DNA of 64,000 nt from Marispirochaeta sp. (GCA_963676835.2 CAXXFF010000001.1:736001-800000), one strand, 5' to 3'. Positions 45,256-57,200 are shown, counted from the stretch's first letter. Made by a program: numbers and translations. The notes: generated by a model from the letters alone, not told the origin.

Positions 45256-47741
45256 GAATAAATCCAGCCGAACTGCCGGTTTACCAGCAGAAAGATAAAA
45301 TCCTGGCTGCCCTGTCTGAAAACCAGGTTATCATTGTGGAAAGCCCCACCGGATCGGGAAAGACAACCCAGCTCCCCCTTATTCTGCATCAGGCAGGCTA
45401 CTCCTCCGGCGGAACCATCGGGGTTACCCAGCCCAGACGTATTGCCGCCCTGTCGGTCTGTGACTATATCGCAAAGCAGATCGGATCTGAAGTTCCCGGC
45501 GAAGTGGGCTACAAGATGCGCTTTGACGACCAGACCCTGCCGGAAACACGGATCAAGATTATGACCGACGGTATTCTGCTTCAGGAGATGAAAGCCGACC
45601 GCTACCTTTCCCGCTATTCTGCACTTATCGTTGACGAAGCCCATGAACGCAGCCTCAATATCGACTTTATTCTGGGACTTTTGAAACAGGTTATCGAAGC
45701 AAGGCCGGATTTTAAGGTAATAGTCTCATCGGCAACCATTAATCCGGTAATCTTCTCTGAATATTTTCACGGTGCTCCCATTATCCATATCGATACCCGG
45801 ATTTATCCCATAAAGGAGATCTACGAACCTCTGCCGGAACGCTCTTCCGACGAAACGGTAAACGAAATTATCTCCGGCATAATCCGGCGGAAAATACAGC
45901 AGAAAATTCCCGGAGACATTCTGGTATTTCTTCAGGGAGAACGGAATATCAAAGAGTGTATAAACACCCTTGAAAGCTCATCCTTCGCCAACAGGCTCAT
46001 GATTCTGCCCCTCTACGGCAGACTTTCCAAAGAGGAGCAGGAGCGGGTTTTCGATGAACCGCCTGAAGGCAAATACAAGGTGGTGGTGGCGACCAATATC
46101 GCCGAAACCAGCGTTACCATTAACGGCATCACTACAGTTATCGATTCAGGCCTGGGAAAAATTAATTATTACAATCCCAGAACCTTTACCTCATCCCTGC
46201 TGGAGACCCCGGTTTCCCAGGCCTCCTGCAACCAGCGCAAGGGACGGGCAGGAAGAACTCAGCCGGGTACCTGTTTCCGGCTCTATTCAAAAAAGGATTT
46301 TCAGGAACGCCCCCTCTTTACCCAGGAGGAGATCTACCGTACCGACCTTTCCGAGGTTGTACTGCGCATGGCCGAACTGGGCATCACCGATTTTGAAGAG
46401 TTTGACTTTATCTCCTCTCCGGGAATACAGGGCATCCGCTCCGCAGTGGAAACCCTCTACACTCTGGAAGCCCTTGATGAAGAGCGTCAGCTTTCAAACA
46501 TCGGAGAGATGATGGTCCGCTTTCCCCTGCTCCCCCGTCATTCCAGAATGATAGTGGAAGGTATTATGAAAGAGCCGGAGGTTCTTGATGAGATCCTCAT
46601 CGCGGCAGCCTTTCTTTCGACCAACACCCCCTTTCTGCTGCCCCAGGGCGAGGAAATGGAAGCCCGGCGGGGTCATCATCACTTTACAGACAGCGCCGGA
46701 GACTTTGTCTCATACCTTAAACTTTTCAAGTCCTTTAAAGATTCGAAAAACAAAAAAAGCTTCTGTCAGCGCTACTACCTCGATGAGAGAATCATGCATG
46801 AACTGGTAAACATCCAGCAGCAGCTTTCGGAAATTGTCAGCGACATGGGAGTTCCCATCCTTTCCGGCGGCAGCCTCGATTCCTATCTCTGCGCCGTTAG
46901 TACCGGGCTTATACAGTTTGTCTGCGCCCGCAGCGGCCGGGGCGTATACCACAGTCTCACCGCCGAGCAGATACAGATCCACCCCGGTTCAGTTATGTTC
47001 AGGGAAAATCCCCAGTACATTGTGGCAGGAGAGATAGTAAAGACAAGCAGAACCTTTGCCAGGTCGGTCTCTCCTCTGAAGAGAGAGTGGCTGGCAAGGA
47101 TCTCCCCGCTTCTTTCAAAGGGCCTTGCGGCGGATAAATCATCCAGAGACGGGCGCAAGGAGCGGGAAAAACGGGATACCTCCTGGGAAATCCAGATTGC
47201 AGGCATAACCTTTCCCCTTAAACCCTACAAGGGGAAAAAGAAACTTGCCCTCCTCCCCTACCAGGAGCTGAAGAAGGCAATAAAAAGAAGCCGAGGCGAT
47301 GTCTCCGGCAGCAATATCGGAAACCTGCGGGGTGTGGTTGTCCATGAAGGCTACGAAATCCTCCAGGGCGAAAAACTGCGTCGTATTCTCCGGTGGATGA
47401 AAAATGTAAACCTCCCGGAGGATATCCGCCAGGACTGGCCTCAGGGAAAAACATTCAACTCTTTTGAGGGAATGGATGAGCTTGCGGGGATTCTGGAATA
47501 CATTATGCGCCTGGCTCCGGCAAAACAGAGCAGTTCCAGCCTTGGTTTTCTAAGCCTCCATACGAATGGAGAGGGGAACTACTGGCTCAAGCCGTCAAAG
47601 CGGCTGCTCACAGCGGCAGAGATGAGTCTGGCAAGCCTGGAAGTACTGGCGGACGAAATGGATGATACAAGCAGAAAAAAATATGCGAAACCCATTAACG
47701 AACGGTACCGCTTTCTGGCGGAGATGTACGAACAGGGTTGA
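45252..47741 (+). CDS. hrpA: DEAH-box ATP-dependent RNA helicase HrpA
   Basis: PTGSGKTTQ, TQPRRIAA, DEAH, SAT, ATNIAETSVT, QRKGRAGR, HA2 and OB regions. Confidence 0.93.
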   Translation: MRINPAELPVYQQKDKILAALSENQVIIVESPTGSGKTTQLPLILHQAGYSSGGTIGVTQPRRIAALSVCDYIAKQIGSEVPGEVGYKMRFDDQTLPETRIKIMTDGILLQEMKADRYLSRYSALIVDEAHERSLNIDFILGLLKQVIEARPDFKVIVSSATINPVIFSEYFHGAPIIHIDTRIYPIKEIYEPLPERSSDETVNEIISGIIRRKIQQKIPGDILVFLQGERNIKECINTLESSSFANRLMILPLYGRLSKEEQERVFDEPPEGKYKVVVATNIAETSVTINGITTVIDSGLGKINYYNPRTFTSSLLETPVSQASCNQRKGRAGRTQPGTCFRLYSKKDFQERPLFTQEEIYRTDLSEVVLRMAELGITDFEEFDFISSPGIQGIRSAVETLYTLEALDEERQLSNIGEMMVRFPLLPRHSRMIVEGIMKEPEVLDEILIAAAFLSTNTPFLLPQGEEMEARRGHHHFTDSAGDFVSYLKLFKSFKDSKNKKSFCQRYYLDERIMHELVNIQQQLSEIVSDMGVPILSGGSLDSYLCAVSTGLIQFVCARSGRGVYHSLTAEQIQIHPGSVMFRENPQYIVAGEIVKTSRTFARSVSPLKREWLARISPLLSKGLAADKSSRDGRKEREKRDTSWEIQIAGITFPLKPYKGKKKLALLPYQELKKAIKRSRGDVSGSNIGNLRGVVVHEGYEILQGEKLRRILRWMKNVNLPEDIRQDWPQGKTFNSFEGMDELAGILEYIMRLAPAKQSSSSLGFLSLHTNGEGNYWLKPSKRLLTAAEMSLASLEVLADEMDDTSRKKYAKPINERYRFLAEMYEQG

Positions 47742-47776
47742 TCGATATAAGGATTTCGACAGTATTTAAAAAAGAT

Positions 47777-48802
47777 TCAGGTAAAGGGGCGCAGGACTTT
47801 TTCAAGCAGAGAATCTTCCAGAGGAGAAAGAAACGTCTCTCCCCTCCTGCGCTGCAAAACAAAGCGCACCTTGCCTGACTTAAGCTTCTTGTCTTTTTTC
47901 AGAGCTGCAAAATAGGCTTCGGCATCGGGGATCTTTATCTGCAGATCATACCCGTACTCATTCAGGAAAGTTAGAGACTCTTCCGCCCAGGAAGGATCTG
48001 TTTCACCCAGGGCAAGGCCTGCCTCGATTGCCCGTGCAATGCCCCAGGCAACCCCATGTCCGTGGGGAACCGCACCAAGACCAAGTACACTTTCCAGGGC
48101 ATGGCCGAAGGTGTGACCGAGATTAAGATGAGCCCTGATGCCCTGCTCGGTGGGATCTTCCTCCACAATACTGCCCTTAACGGCCAGTGAGCGGGGGATA
48201 AGATCGTTAAGAACCGCCACATCCCTCTCCAACACCTTGCAGCGCTTACTGCGAAGATCGTCAAAGAGAGAACCGGATTCCAGAAAACCGTGCTTCAGAA
48301 CCTCTGCAAGCCCTGACATGTACTCTTTTTCGGAAATAGTTTTCAGCAGAAAAGGATAGATGGCGATTTCGGATGCAGGATAGAAAGATCCGATCATGTT
48401 TTTATAAGTGCCGTAATCGATGCCTGTTTTCCCCCCCAGGGAGGCATCAACCATGGACAGCAGTGTGGACGGAATCAGAACAAGACGGCATCCCCGCATA
48501 TAAATGGAAGCTGCGAATGCGGCAACATCACAGACCACCCCGCCGCCAAGAGCCACAACAACGCCGTCACGGCCGAAAGGTACAGCAAGAAGAGTATCAA
48601 TTATTCTGATTACGGAATCCCAGTTCTTTCCCTCTTCACCGGCAGGAAGCTCCACAACGAGAGTTTCTCCGGCAGGAACAAAGGAGCGGGTATTGCTGTC
48701 GCAAACCCATACCCTGGGACCAATTTCAGGGATCTGAACCGCATCGGCATCGTAGGAACGGACCCGGGTTTCACGGGCCCCAAGGGTAAAAATCCGATCC
48801 AT
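47777..48802 (-). CDS. aroB: 3-dehydroquinate synthase
   Basis: GGGVVCD, YMRG, DASLGGKTG, LNLGHTFGHALE, HG. Confidence 0.95.
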   Translation of the reverse strand: MDRIFTLGARETRVRSYDADAVQIPEIGPRVWVCDSNTRSFVPAGETLVVELPAGEEGKNWDSVIRIIDTLLAVPFGRDGVVVALGGGVVCDVAAFAASIYMRGCRLVLIPSTLLSMVDASLGGKTGIDYGTYKNMIGSFYPASEIAIYPFLLKTISEKEYMSGLAEVLKHGFLESGSLFDDLRSKRCKVLERDVAVLNDLIPRSLAVKGSIVEEDPTEQGIRAHLNLGHTFGHALESVLGLGAVPHGHGVAWGIARAIEAGLALGETDPSWAEESLTFLNEYGYDLQIKIPDAEAYFAALKKDKKLKSGKVRFVLQRRRGETFLSPLEDSLLEKVLRPFT

Positions 48803-48808
48803 TAGGTA

Positions 48809-49102
48809 TTATATCTGGTGAGGAAAGCTGGTTATTATATTCTTGATAAAATCGTCGCTGATGGAATAGATTCTTCTGTTTCCGTCAACGGTACAGGAGA
48901 CTATGCCTTTGTTCTTCAGCACTGCCAGATGCTGGGAAATAACCGGCTGCGACTGCTGCAGGCACTGCCACAAATCGCTGACACAGGCGTTTTCCTTCTC
49001 AATAAGACAGAGGATTTTTAATCTGACAGGGTGACCGCAAACTTTAAGGCGCTCAGCATATGATTCAATCAACGAATCAGGGCAACAGGTTGCTTGGTTC
49101 AT
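48809..49102 (-). CDS. ArsR/SmtB-family regulator, Cys-rich, BigR-like helix 2
   Basis: HPVRLKILCLI, SQPVISQHLAVLK, GNRRIYS. Start is either 49102 (MNQATCC) or 49111. Confidence 0.9.
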   Translation of the reverse strand: MNQATCCPDSLIESYAERLKVCGHPVRLKILCLIEKENACVSDLWQCLQQSQPVISQHLAVLKNKGIVSCTVDGNRRIYSISDDFIKNIITSFPHQI

Positions 49103-49226
49103 AGTGCACATACTTTACACCCTGACATGCTATAGAATCAAGCCTTTAATTACTATATACAGATACATTTATTCTCCGAACATTCCAACCCTTGTCAGAT
49201 CGAAGGCATATACTTATTATAGTCGG

Positions 49227-50393
49227 ATGGAATTCACCTATCTGGACTGGGCAGCAACCGCCCCGCCCGATCCCGAAGCTCTGGAAACAGCCCGCAGAGT
49301 GGCAAAGGAAATCTACGGAAACCCCTCTTCCCTGCATAAGGCGGGAAAAGCGGCAGGATCGGTCCTGGAAGAGTCCCGCAGAAGTATAGCCGGAAATCTC
49401 GGCTGCCGGCCGGAGCAGCTCTATTTTACCGCCGGGGGAACGGAATCAAACAACATAATCTTCTCGAGCCTGCTGATGCGCCCGAAAAAAGGTGCTGTGC
49501 TTACCAGCACCATAGAACATTCCTGCGTCTGGGAAGCCGGCGAAACCATGAACAGCCTCGGGTTTCCCCATACCGGTATAAATCCCGGTTCAGATGGTCT
49601 CATAAGCCCGGAGAGAGTAGTCGAAAAGATGAGCCCGGATACCGAACTTATAAGCATAATGCTGGTAAACAACGAGACCGGCGTTATTCAGGATATTCCT
49701 GCAATCCAGAAAGCAGTCAACGACAGCTTTTCCGGCGGCAGGAAGCCCCATTTTCACAGTGACACCGTACAAGCCCTGGGAAAGATACCCCTTAACCTGA
49801 AGGAACTCGGAGTCGACTCCGCCTCCTTTTCGGGCCATAAAATAGGAGCCCCAAGAGGCATAGGCCTCTTATACCTGAAGAAACCCTTCGTACCGCTTTT
49901 CCGCGGCGGCGGACAGGAGGGCGGAATCCGGCCGGGAACCGAAAACCTGCCGGCAATTGCCGCCTTTGCAGAGGTTCTGGCAAAACGTACCGCAAATATC
50001 GAGGCATCCATGGAGAGGGCCGCAGTTATCAGGCGCAGAGTTGTTGAAGGACTTAAGGCCATTCCAAAAATCATCCTTCTTCCCCACGGCATTGATCCCC
50101 TGGATGAAACACTTGTACCCAATATACTCAAATGCTCTTTCCCCCCGGTGCCCGGCGAGGTACTTCAGCGTGTTTTTAGCGATAAGGGGATAATGGTTTC
50201 CACCGGCAGCGCCTGCTCCAGCAATCAGAAACACAAGGCCAACCGGGTACTGAAAGCCATGGGAACTCCTCCGGACATAGCGGAGTCCTCAATTCGCTTC
50301 TCCTGGGGGCCGGAGACCACCGATGAAGAGATTGAAATGTTTATCCGTACAGCAGTGAGAGAAATCAGTTTATTACAGGAGCAGCTGGGATGA
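49227..50393 (+). CDS. Cysteine desulfurase (IscS/NifZ type, ThiI partner)
   Basis: YLDWAAT, GNPSS, GGTESNN, VNNETG, SGHKI, catalytic STGSACSS. Start reassigned to 49227. Confidence 0.93.
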   Translation: MEFTYLDWAATAPPDPEALETARRVAKEIYGNPSSLHKAGKAAGSVLEESRRSIAGNLGCRPEQLYFTAGGTESNNIIFSSLLMRPKKGAVLTSTIEHSCVWEAGETMNSLGFPHTGINPGSDGLISPERVVEKMSPDTELISIMLVNNETGVIQDIPAIQKAVNDSFSGGRKPHFHSDTVQALGKIPLNLKELGVDSASFSGHKIGAPRGIGLLYLKKPFVPLFRGGGQEGGIRPGTENLPAIAAFAEVLAKRTANIEASMERAAVIRRRVVEGLKAIPKIILLPHGIDPLDETLVPNILKCSFPPVPGEVLQRVFSDKGIMVSTGSACSSNQKHKANRVLKAMGTPPDIAESSIRFSWGPETTDEEIEMFIRTAVREISLLQEQLG

Positions 50394-51592
50394 CAAAACA
50401 AAGCATTGCAAATTTCCTGATACGGGTTGGTGAAATCGGCCTCAAGGGTGAAAACCGCAAGATGTTTGAGCGACAGCTCAAGGACAATATAAAACGCCGC
50501 CTTACAGAGGTTGAATCCAGAGTAAGCGGAGGCCGGGGCCGTTTTTTTGTGGAAATATTTGACGGAGACCCGGAATCGGTCAGGAAAGTACTGGCCACAA
50601 CCTTCGGCATCGTCGGTTTTGCCAGGGTAAGAATCTGCAAAAAGGATCTGGACAGTATCGGCGATGAAGCGGAAGTTCTCCTCAAAGAGGCGCTCAAGGA
50701 GAAACCTGCAGAAGAACTGACCTTCAAGATAAACCCCAAAAGAGCAGACAAGAGCTTTCCCATGAACTCCTATGAGATAGCCTCCTCCCTGGGTGAACGC
50801 ATGCTGAAGACCTTCCCGGGCATTCGGGTTAACGTGAAAAACCCCGATGTTAAAATTCAGACGGAGCTCAGGGAACAGGCCTTTGTCTGGGGCCCCCAGG
50901 ATGACGGCCCCGGAGGCCTGCCCGTAGGCTGCGCAGGAAAAGGCATGCTTCTTCTGTCCGGTGGAATCGACTCACCTGTGGCTGGATGGATGATGGCTAA
51001 ACGGGGTATGAAACTGGATGCAGTCTACTTTCATGCCTACCCTTACACCTCGGATGAAGCGAAAAAGAAGGTTATAGACCTGGCCAGAAAAATAGCACCC
51101 TGGAACGGGGGAATAAACCTTTTTGTGGTGCCCTTCACCAAAACCCAGCTGCTTATTAAAGAGCGGGCCCCCAAAGAGGCAACAACCCTGATTATGCGGG
51201 CAGGAATGATGCGGGTTGCCCATATGGCCGCCGAGGAACGTGACGGCCTGGCATTGATAACCGGAGAAGCACTGAGTCAGGTGGCAAGTCAGACTGCCCA
51301 GAGTCTCCGGTTTACCGGAAGCGCCACGGACCTGCCGGTTCTGCGCCCCCTTATCGGCATGGATAAGGAAGAGATCATCCGTATTGCCCGGAATATCGAT
51401 ACCTTTGAGACATCGATACTCCCCTACGAGGACTGCTGTACCATTTTCTCACCGAAACACCCGCTGGTAAGCCCGAAGTTTGAGAAAATGCAGGATATAT
51501 GGAAAAAGACAGATCTTGAAGAGAGCCTGAGGGAAGCCTGGGAATCTACGGAACGTATCTATTGCCATCCAGATGGAAGTGAACCGTTGTAG
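50390..51592 (+). CDS. thiI: tRNA 4-thiouridine synthase ThiI (no rhodanese domain)
   Basis: GEIGLKGENR, THUMP domain, PP-loop LLSGGIDSPVA, GEALSQVASQT, EDCC. Confidence 0.95.
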   Translation: MTKQSIANFLIRVGEIGLKGENRKMFERQLKDNIKRRLTEVESRVSGGRGRFFVEIFDGDPESVRKVLATTFGIVGFARVRICKKDLDSIGDEAEVLLKEALKEKPAEELTFKINPKRADKSFPMNSYEIASSLGERMLKTFPGIRVNVKNPDVKIQTELREQAFVWGPQDDGPGGLPVGCAGKGMLLLSGGIDSPVAGWMMAKRGMKLDAVYFHAYPYTSDEAKKKVIDLARKIAPWNGGINLFVVPFTKTQLLIKERAPKEATTLIMRAGMMRVAHMAAEERDGLALITGEALSQVASQTAQSLRFTGSATDLPVLRPLIGMDKEEIIRIARNIDTFETSILPYEDCCTIFSPKHPLVSPKFEKMQDIWKKTDLEESLREAWESTERIYCHPDGSEPL

Positions 51593-51659
51593 AAAAGAGC
51601 GCCGGAGAAAACCGGCACCATTTCCCTTAATTATAAGCTGACCGAGGAAAACTTGGAAA

Positions 51660-51708
51660 AAGAAAAGAGCGGTGACCGGCGTTTTACGCCGAATCTCCGC
51701 TCTTCTTT
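51660..51708. terminator. Bidirectional terminator-like hairpin between thiI and the FmdB gene
   Basis: AAGAGCGGTGACCGGCG-tttta-CGCCGAATCTCCGCTCTT, flanked by A-rich and T-rich runs; overlaps the FmdB stop codon. Confidence 0.6.
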
Positions 51709-51980
51709 GATGACGAAGCTGTTCCGGAAGAACTCCCTGAGGAGCCGTCACCGGAACTGCTCTTTGCGACGGAACCACTGGTAGCTTTACCGCCGGAACC
51801 GCCGCGGTTGTCGGTTACGTAAAAACCGGAGCCTTTGAAGATAATCCCCATACCGCCGCCGATAAGGCGCTTGACTTCACTCCCGCACTTGGGACATTCC
51901 TTGAGCGGATCGTCGGACATACTCTGAAAGTATTCAAAAACATGTCCGCAGGACTGGCATTCGTAATCGTATGTAGGCAT
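51684..51980 (-). CDS. FmdB-family zinc-ribbon protein
   Basis: MPTYDYECQSCG...CPKCG...FKGSGFYVTD, Ser/Gly-rich tail. Confidence 0.93.
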   Translation of the reverse strand: MPTYDYECQSCGHVFEYFQSMSDDPLKECPKCGSEVKRLIGGGMGIIFKGSGFYVTDNRGGSGGKATSGSVAKSSSGDGSSGSSSGTASSSKKSGDSA

Positions 51981-52060
51981 TATATTCTCACCTCTTCGGG
52001 TCGAAATGTTTCTTTATGGTGCCGGAGTTTATACAAAACCGGCGGCTTGCACAAGAGCTG

Positions 52061-52831
52061 CTACCAGTCCATCCGGACAGATATCTGTCTGCCCTGAAGA
52101 TACTCTTTTATCCCCTTTACCGAATAGTCGCCATAGTGAACCATGGAGGCAACCAGGGCGGCATCTGCCGCTCCTTCGGTAAAAACATCACCAAGATGTT
52201 CCGGAGTCCCTGCACCGCCGGAGGCGACTACAGGAATATTCACCGCAGTGGAAATCATCCGGGTCAGATTAAGTTCATAACCGTCCCGGGTTCCGTCGGC
52301 ATCGATGGAATTGAGGACAATCTCCCCGGCTCCAAGCTTTTCCGCCTTGAGGGCCCACTCAAGGGCATCAAGCTCTGTGGGGGTTCTGCCCCCGTTTATT
52401 ACCACCCGGTAGCCCGAGGGCATTTCGGGATCCTTGAGAGCATCCATTCCGAGGACAACACACTGCCGCCCGAAGAGACCTGCTCCCTCTTCAATGATGC
52501 CGGGATTTTTAACCGCCTGGGAGTTAACACTGATTTTCTCCGCTCCCGCAAGCAGACAGGCCCGCATATCTTTAACCGAGCCGATTCCGCCGCCCACAGC
52601 AAAGGGAATAAATATCTGCTCCGCCACCCGTTCCACAACATCAATCATAATGCCCCGGGCTTCGGATGAAGCGGTAATATCGTAAAATACCAGCTCATCT
52701 ACACCGCCGGTATAGTAATCCCGGGCCATTTCGACGGGATCGCCGATATCAACATTACCTTTAAACTTAATGCCTTTGGTTGTCTTTCCGTCCCGTACAT
52801 CGAGACAGACGATAATTCGTTTTCGGTACAT
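52061..52831 (-). CDS. hisF: Imidazole glycerol phosphate synthase cyclase subunit
   Basis: [39 protein letters not shown]. Confidence 0.97.
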   Translation of the reverse strand: MYRKRIIVCLDVRDGKTTKGIKFKGNVDIGDPVEMARDYYTGGVDELVFYDITASSEARGIMIDVVERVAEQIFIPFAVGGGIGSVKDMRACLLAGAEKISVNSQAVKNPGIIEEGAGLFGRQCVVLGMDALKDPEMPSGYRVVINGGRTPTELDALEWALKAEKLGAGEIVLNSIDADGTRDGYELNLTRMISTAVNIPVVASGGAGTPEHLGDVFTEGAADAALVASMVHYGDYSVKGIKEYLQGRQISVRMDW

Positions 52832-52837
52832 ACTGCG

Positions 52838-53446
52838 TCAGGCCCCTTTTATAAAATTCTCGAGCATCCGGAGACCATAACGGCCGGATTTTTCCGGGTG
52901 AAACTGGGTGGCAATCAGATTATCCTTTGAGTAGGCCGCAGAAAATGTTTCGCCATAGGTACAGCGGCCGATCTCCAGGGAGGAGTCATCCACGAGAGGA
53001 TAGTAGGAGTGGACAAAATAGAAGGAAGCTCCATCGGGAACACCCGCGAATACAGGGTGACTGCCCACCTGATCCACACTGTTCCATCCCATGTGCGGGA
53101 TCTTGAGCCCCGGGCCTCCTGAAAACAGCTTTACCTTGCCGGGAATAATCCCCAGGCAGTTGGTATCACTCTCCTCTGAATAGTCCAGAAGAATCTGACA
53201 GCCGATACAGATACCGAACAAGGGCTTACCGGCTTTAACCACCTCTTTCAGAGCCTGGTCGAGGCCCCTCTGGGTGAGTACGTCCATAGCAGCGCGGGCT
53301 TCTCCTACCCCGGGAAAGATCACCGCATCGCTGGCAACAATGGATTCGGGATCAGAATAGACACTGTAGTCAGCATTCAGAAACTTCAGGGCAGTCTCTA
53401 CACTGCGCAGGTTTCCCGCTTCATAATCAACAACTGCAACTTTCAC
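52838..53446 (-). CDS. hisH: Imidazole glycerol phosphate synthase glutaminase subunit
   Basis: GNLRSV, PGVG, GICIG, PHMGWN, FVHSY, QFHPEKS. Confidence 0.97.
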   Translation of the reverse strand: MKVAVVDYEAGNLRSVETALKFLNADYSVYSDPESIVASDAVIFPGVGEARAAMDVLTQRGLDQALKEVVKAGKPLFGICIGCQILLDYSEESDTNCLGIIPGKVKLFSGGPGLKIPHMGWNSVDQVGSHPVFAGVPDGASFYFVHSYYPLVDDSSLEIGRCTYGETFSAAYSKDNLIATQFHPEKSGRYGLRMLENFIKGA

Positions 53447-54273
53447 TGGTCTCTCCTAACAATCATCTCCACCAGAGCAGAAAAGGCCTCGGCTCCGATA
53501 CCAAGGTTATCAATAAAAAGAGTATCTTCTTCCAGACGAATATCCAGGGATGCCGGGTCGAAATCTTTATCCAGACTGCGGAAGAAACCCCACAGGGTAA
53601 GTTTTACCAGAGGCACAGCAGTCCGGGCACGGCGCTGATCCGGAAACCGCCACTCCAGAGAGAAGCTGAGCAGATTTCCGGGGTCATCACCGAATATACG
53701 GCATTCCCCGGATACAGGCAAGCCCGGTGCCAGTTCCGCCATATCGGGAATATAGATAAAGAGCCGCCTGTCCCGCGCGAGCAGAGTTTCACTGCGGTTT
53801 TTCCAGGCCTCAGACATGCGCACAGTTTCCGGAACCCCGTATACAACAGTCCCGGACTCAGGTATATGTATGGTCTGAATGCCGTCTGCGTGCACCCAGG
53901 TGGCCTCTCCTTTTACCGGGCGTTTCCATGCGGAACTGAAATTAAGCGCCATTGAAGTGGTAAAACGGCCGAAACCTCCGCTGAGCAAAAGCGAGAAACT
54001 GCCCTTATCAAAAAGGGCAAAATCTACCGTATCCGCCCGGGAGAGAATATCCTTTGTCTCATCACCGAACTGCTGCCGTACCGTCTCGATGTAGGCATCT
54101 CCAAGAATATCCGCATCAAAGGATGCAACCGCCCGGGCATCCTTCGGGTACGGCACCTGATAGATACCGGTATCAGGCGGCAGGGTTCGGCAGCCTGCCA
54201 TAAAAAGAAAAGCCCCGCAGAGAAGCAGGGCTTTACAAGCTGCTTTTATGCCTTTTTCAGGGCGATAGTACAT
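53443..54273 (-). CDS. Hypothetical lipoprotein
   Basis: Lipobox FMAG-C followed by RTLP; overlaps the ileS 3' end and the hisH start. Confidence 0.7.
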   Translation of the reverse strand: MYYRPEKGIKAACKALLLCGAFLFMAGCRTLPPDTGIYQVPYPKDARAVASFDADILGDAYIETVRQQFGDETKDILSRADTVDFALFDKGSFSLLLSGGFGRFTTSMALNFSSAWKRPVKGEATWVHADGIQTIHIPESGTVVYGVPETVRMSEAWKNRSETLLARDRRLFIYIPDMAELAPGLPVSGECRIFGDDPGNLLSFSLEWRFPDQRRARTAVPLVKLTLWGFFRSLDKDFDPASLDIRLEEDTLFIDNLGIGAEAFSALVEMIVRRDQ

Positions 54274-57200
54274 GAGGTTTCACCGCAATCTATGCTTGTG
54301 CCGCCGGCTGCCTCACCCCACTCCAGAGATTCGGATAGAGTCTCTTCGGTAAGGTAGTCCCTGAAATCATCCACCGAGGCTTTGACCTTATCATCGCCGT
54401 AGACTGTGAGGTGAATCCGGTCGGTAACATTAAGCCCCGACTCTTTCCGCAGGTTCTGAACTCCCCGGACAACATCACGGATAAGACCTTCCCTCTCGAG
54501 CTCCTCGGTCATTTCCGGGTCAAGGGCAACAGTAAGTGAACCTTCATTGAGAACCTTCAGGCCCATTTTTTCGGTACGCTGAACGATTATACTCTCTTCG
54601 GTAATCTCAATGGGAGTGCCTTCAATATCCATGGAAAGAGTAGCCCCTTCAAGGAGAGACTGAATCTCTTTCATGGAGAGTTCCTCGATTTTTGCGGCAG
54701 CACTCTTCATCATCTTGCCCAGGCTTTTTCCAAGAACCTTGAAGTTCGCCTTGGCTGAATATTCCACCAGATCCTCTTCGTTCTCCCGGAAGATAACCTC
54801 TTTTACATTGAGCTCTTCACGGATAATGTCTTCCATTTCGATCAAAACCCGGCGTTCGTTATCTTCCCGGGTTACCAGGTGAATAGCCTTCAGGGGCTGC
54901 CGGGTTTTCAGTGAGTGCATAGCCCGGATGGCCCGTCCCATGGAAACCGCCGCCTGGGTAACCTTCATTTTAAGTTCGAGATCGCTGTCCCGTTTGCTTT
55001 CGTCCGCCACCGGGTAATCACCCAGGTGAACCGAATCGGGCATGGATGGAAGACGCAGGTTCCGGTAGATCTCTTCAGTTATAAAAGGCACAATGGGAGC
55101 TGCCACATGTACCAGCTTCATAAGAACCGAATACAGTGTTCCGTATGCCTGCAGCTTGTCGCCGTCGTTCTCACTCTTCCAGAAGCGGCGGCGGGACCGG
55201 CGGATATACCAGTTGTTCAGCTGGTCTACAAACTCAACAATGGGCTGAATTGCCCGTTGCAGATCATATTTATCAAGCTGCCCGGAAACATGTGCAACCA
55301 TCTTTTCAGTTTCGCTTAAAATCCACTGATCCAGGGGGTTTTCCGGATTTTCCGGAGCACCCTCGGGTGAGACACCATCGATATTGGCGTAGGTAACAAA
55401 GAAGCTGTAGGCATTCCATACCGGGAGGATTACTCCCTTCAGAACATCCCGCACGCCTTCATCGGAGAAGCGCAGATCCTCCGCCCGAACAACCGCGGAG
55501 TTCATAAGAAACAGCCGCAGAGCATCGGCTCCGAACTGGTTCATAACCTCCATGGGATCCGAGTAGTTCCGCAGGGACTTGGACATCTTCTTGCCGTCCG
55601 TAGCCAGTACCAGACCGTTAACCACTACATTCTCAAAGGCAGGCTTGTCAAAAAGAGCGGCAGCAAGAATGGTAAGGGTATAGAACCATCCCCGGGTCTG
55701 ATCCAGACCTTCGGAGATAAAGTTGGCCGGAAAATGGGTCTCAAAGAATTCCTTGTTCTCGAAGGGATAATGGTTCTGGGCATAGGGCATGGAACCGGAC
55801 TCAAACCAGCAGTCCAGAACCTCGGGAACCCTTTTCATATCCTTTCCGCAGGAACAGGGAATGGTTATATCATCAACAAAGTGCTTGTGAAGATCATCAA
55901 CCTTCCTGCCGGACTTCTCTTCCAGCTCTTCCCGGCTGCCGATGCAGAGTGATTCATCACACTCTTCACACTTCCAGACCGGAATCGGGTTACCCCAGTA
56001 GCGGTTACGGGATATTGCCCAGTCCCGGGCTCCTTCCAGCCACTTTCCGAAACGTCCGTCCTTGAGGTGGTCAGGCACCCAGTTGATCTGGCTGTTTGCA
56101 TTAAGCATTTTATCCTTGATCTTGCCGATATCCACAAACCAGGAGGAGATTGCCCGATAGATCAGAGGACTGGAACAGCGCCAGCAGTGGGGGTAGCTAT
56201 GGAGATAGTTATCCCGCTTGACCAGCTTCCCTTCCTCCCGGAGGCGGGCGATGATCGCCTTGTCGGTCTCCTTGACAAAGAGTCCCGTGTAGTCCGCCAC
56301 TTCCGGGGTGAATTTACACTCGCCGTCAACGGGACAGATGGTGGGAACATCGGTGCCTTTAAGCACATTATAGTCATCCTCACCGAAACCGGGTGCGGTA
56401 TGGACGATACCGGTACCGTCCTCGGTGGTTACAAAGTCGGCAAGGTAGGTTTTGAAGGCATCCTTGCTCTCAATATCAGCGAAATAGGGAAAGAGGGGTT
56501 CGTACTCAATGCCCGCAAGTTCTGTTCCCTTTTTGGTCCAGAGGATTTTGTAGTCCTCTTCGTTCTTGTAATAGGCGGAAAGCCGTTCTGCCGCCATAAT
56601 ATAGGTGTCCTCACCATCGGCTACCTTTACATAGTCGATATCCGGCCCCAGAGTGAGGGCCAGGTTGGAGGGCAGAGTCCAGGGGGTAGTTGTCCAGGCC
56701 ACCAGGTAGCTGTTCTCTTCACCCTTCACCTTGAAACGTACGGTTATTGCAGGATCAGTAACATCCTGATAACCGCCGAGATTAAGCTCATGGTTGGAAA
56801 GAACTGTGGAACAGCGGGGACAATAGGGAAGAATATAATGGCCTTCGTAGAGAAGTTCCTTTTCCCAGAGCTGCTTGATAACCCACCAGATGGACTCCAT
56901 GTAGTCGGGCTCCATGGTTTTATAATCATTCTCAAAGTCGACCCAGCGCCCGGCCCGGGTCATGACATTCTCCCACTCTTTTGTATAGCGGAGCACAATG
57001 GAGCGGCAGGATTCATTGAATTTTGCAATACCGAAGTCTTCGATCTCTTTTTTACCGGAGATTCCAAGCTCCTTTTCCATTTCGTATTCAACGGGCAGAC
57101 CGTGACAGTCCCAGCCGAAACGGCGCTCAACACGCTTGCCCTTCATGGTGTGATAGCGGGGAATGATGTCTTTTATTGTACCCGGAACAAAATGGCCGAA

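Noticed and set aside
49104..49226. N-terminal extensions in the ORF track (49104 desulfurase, 43849 hisS, 28259 PEGA, 62905 valS, 29968)
   Set aside because: The extensions run through promoter regions or neighbouring genes; downstream starts have an SD or promoter context and family-typical N-termini.
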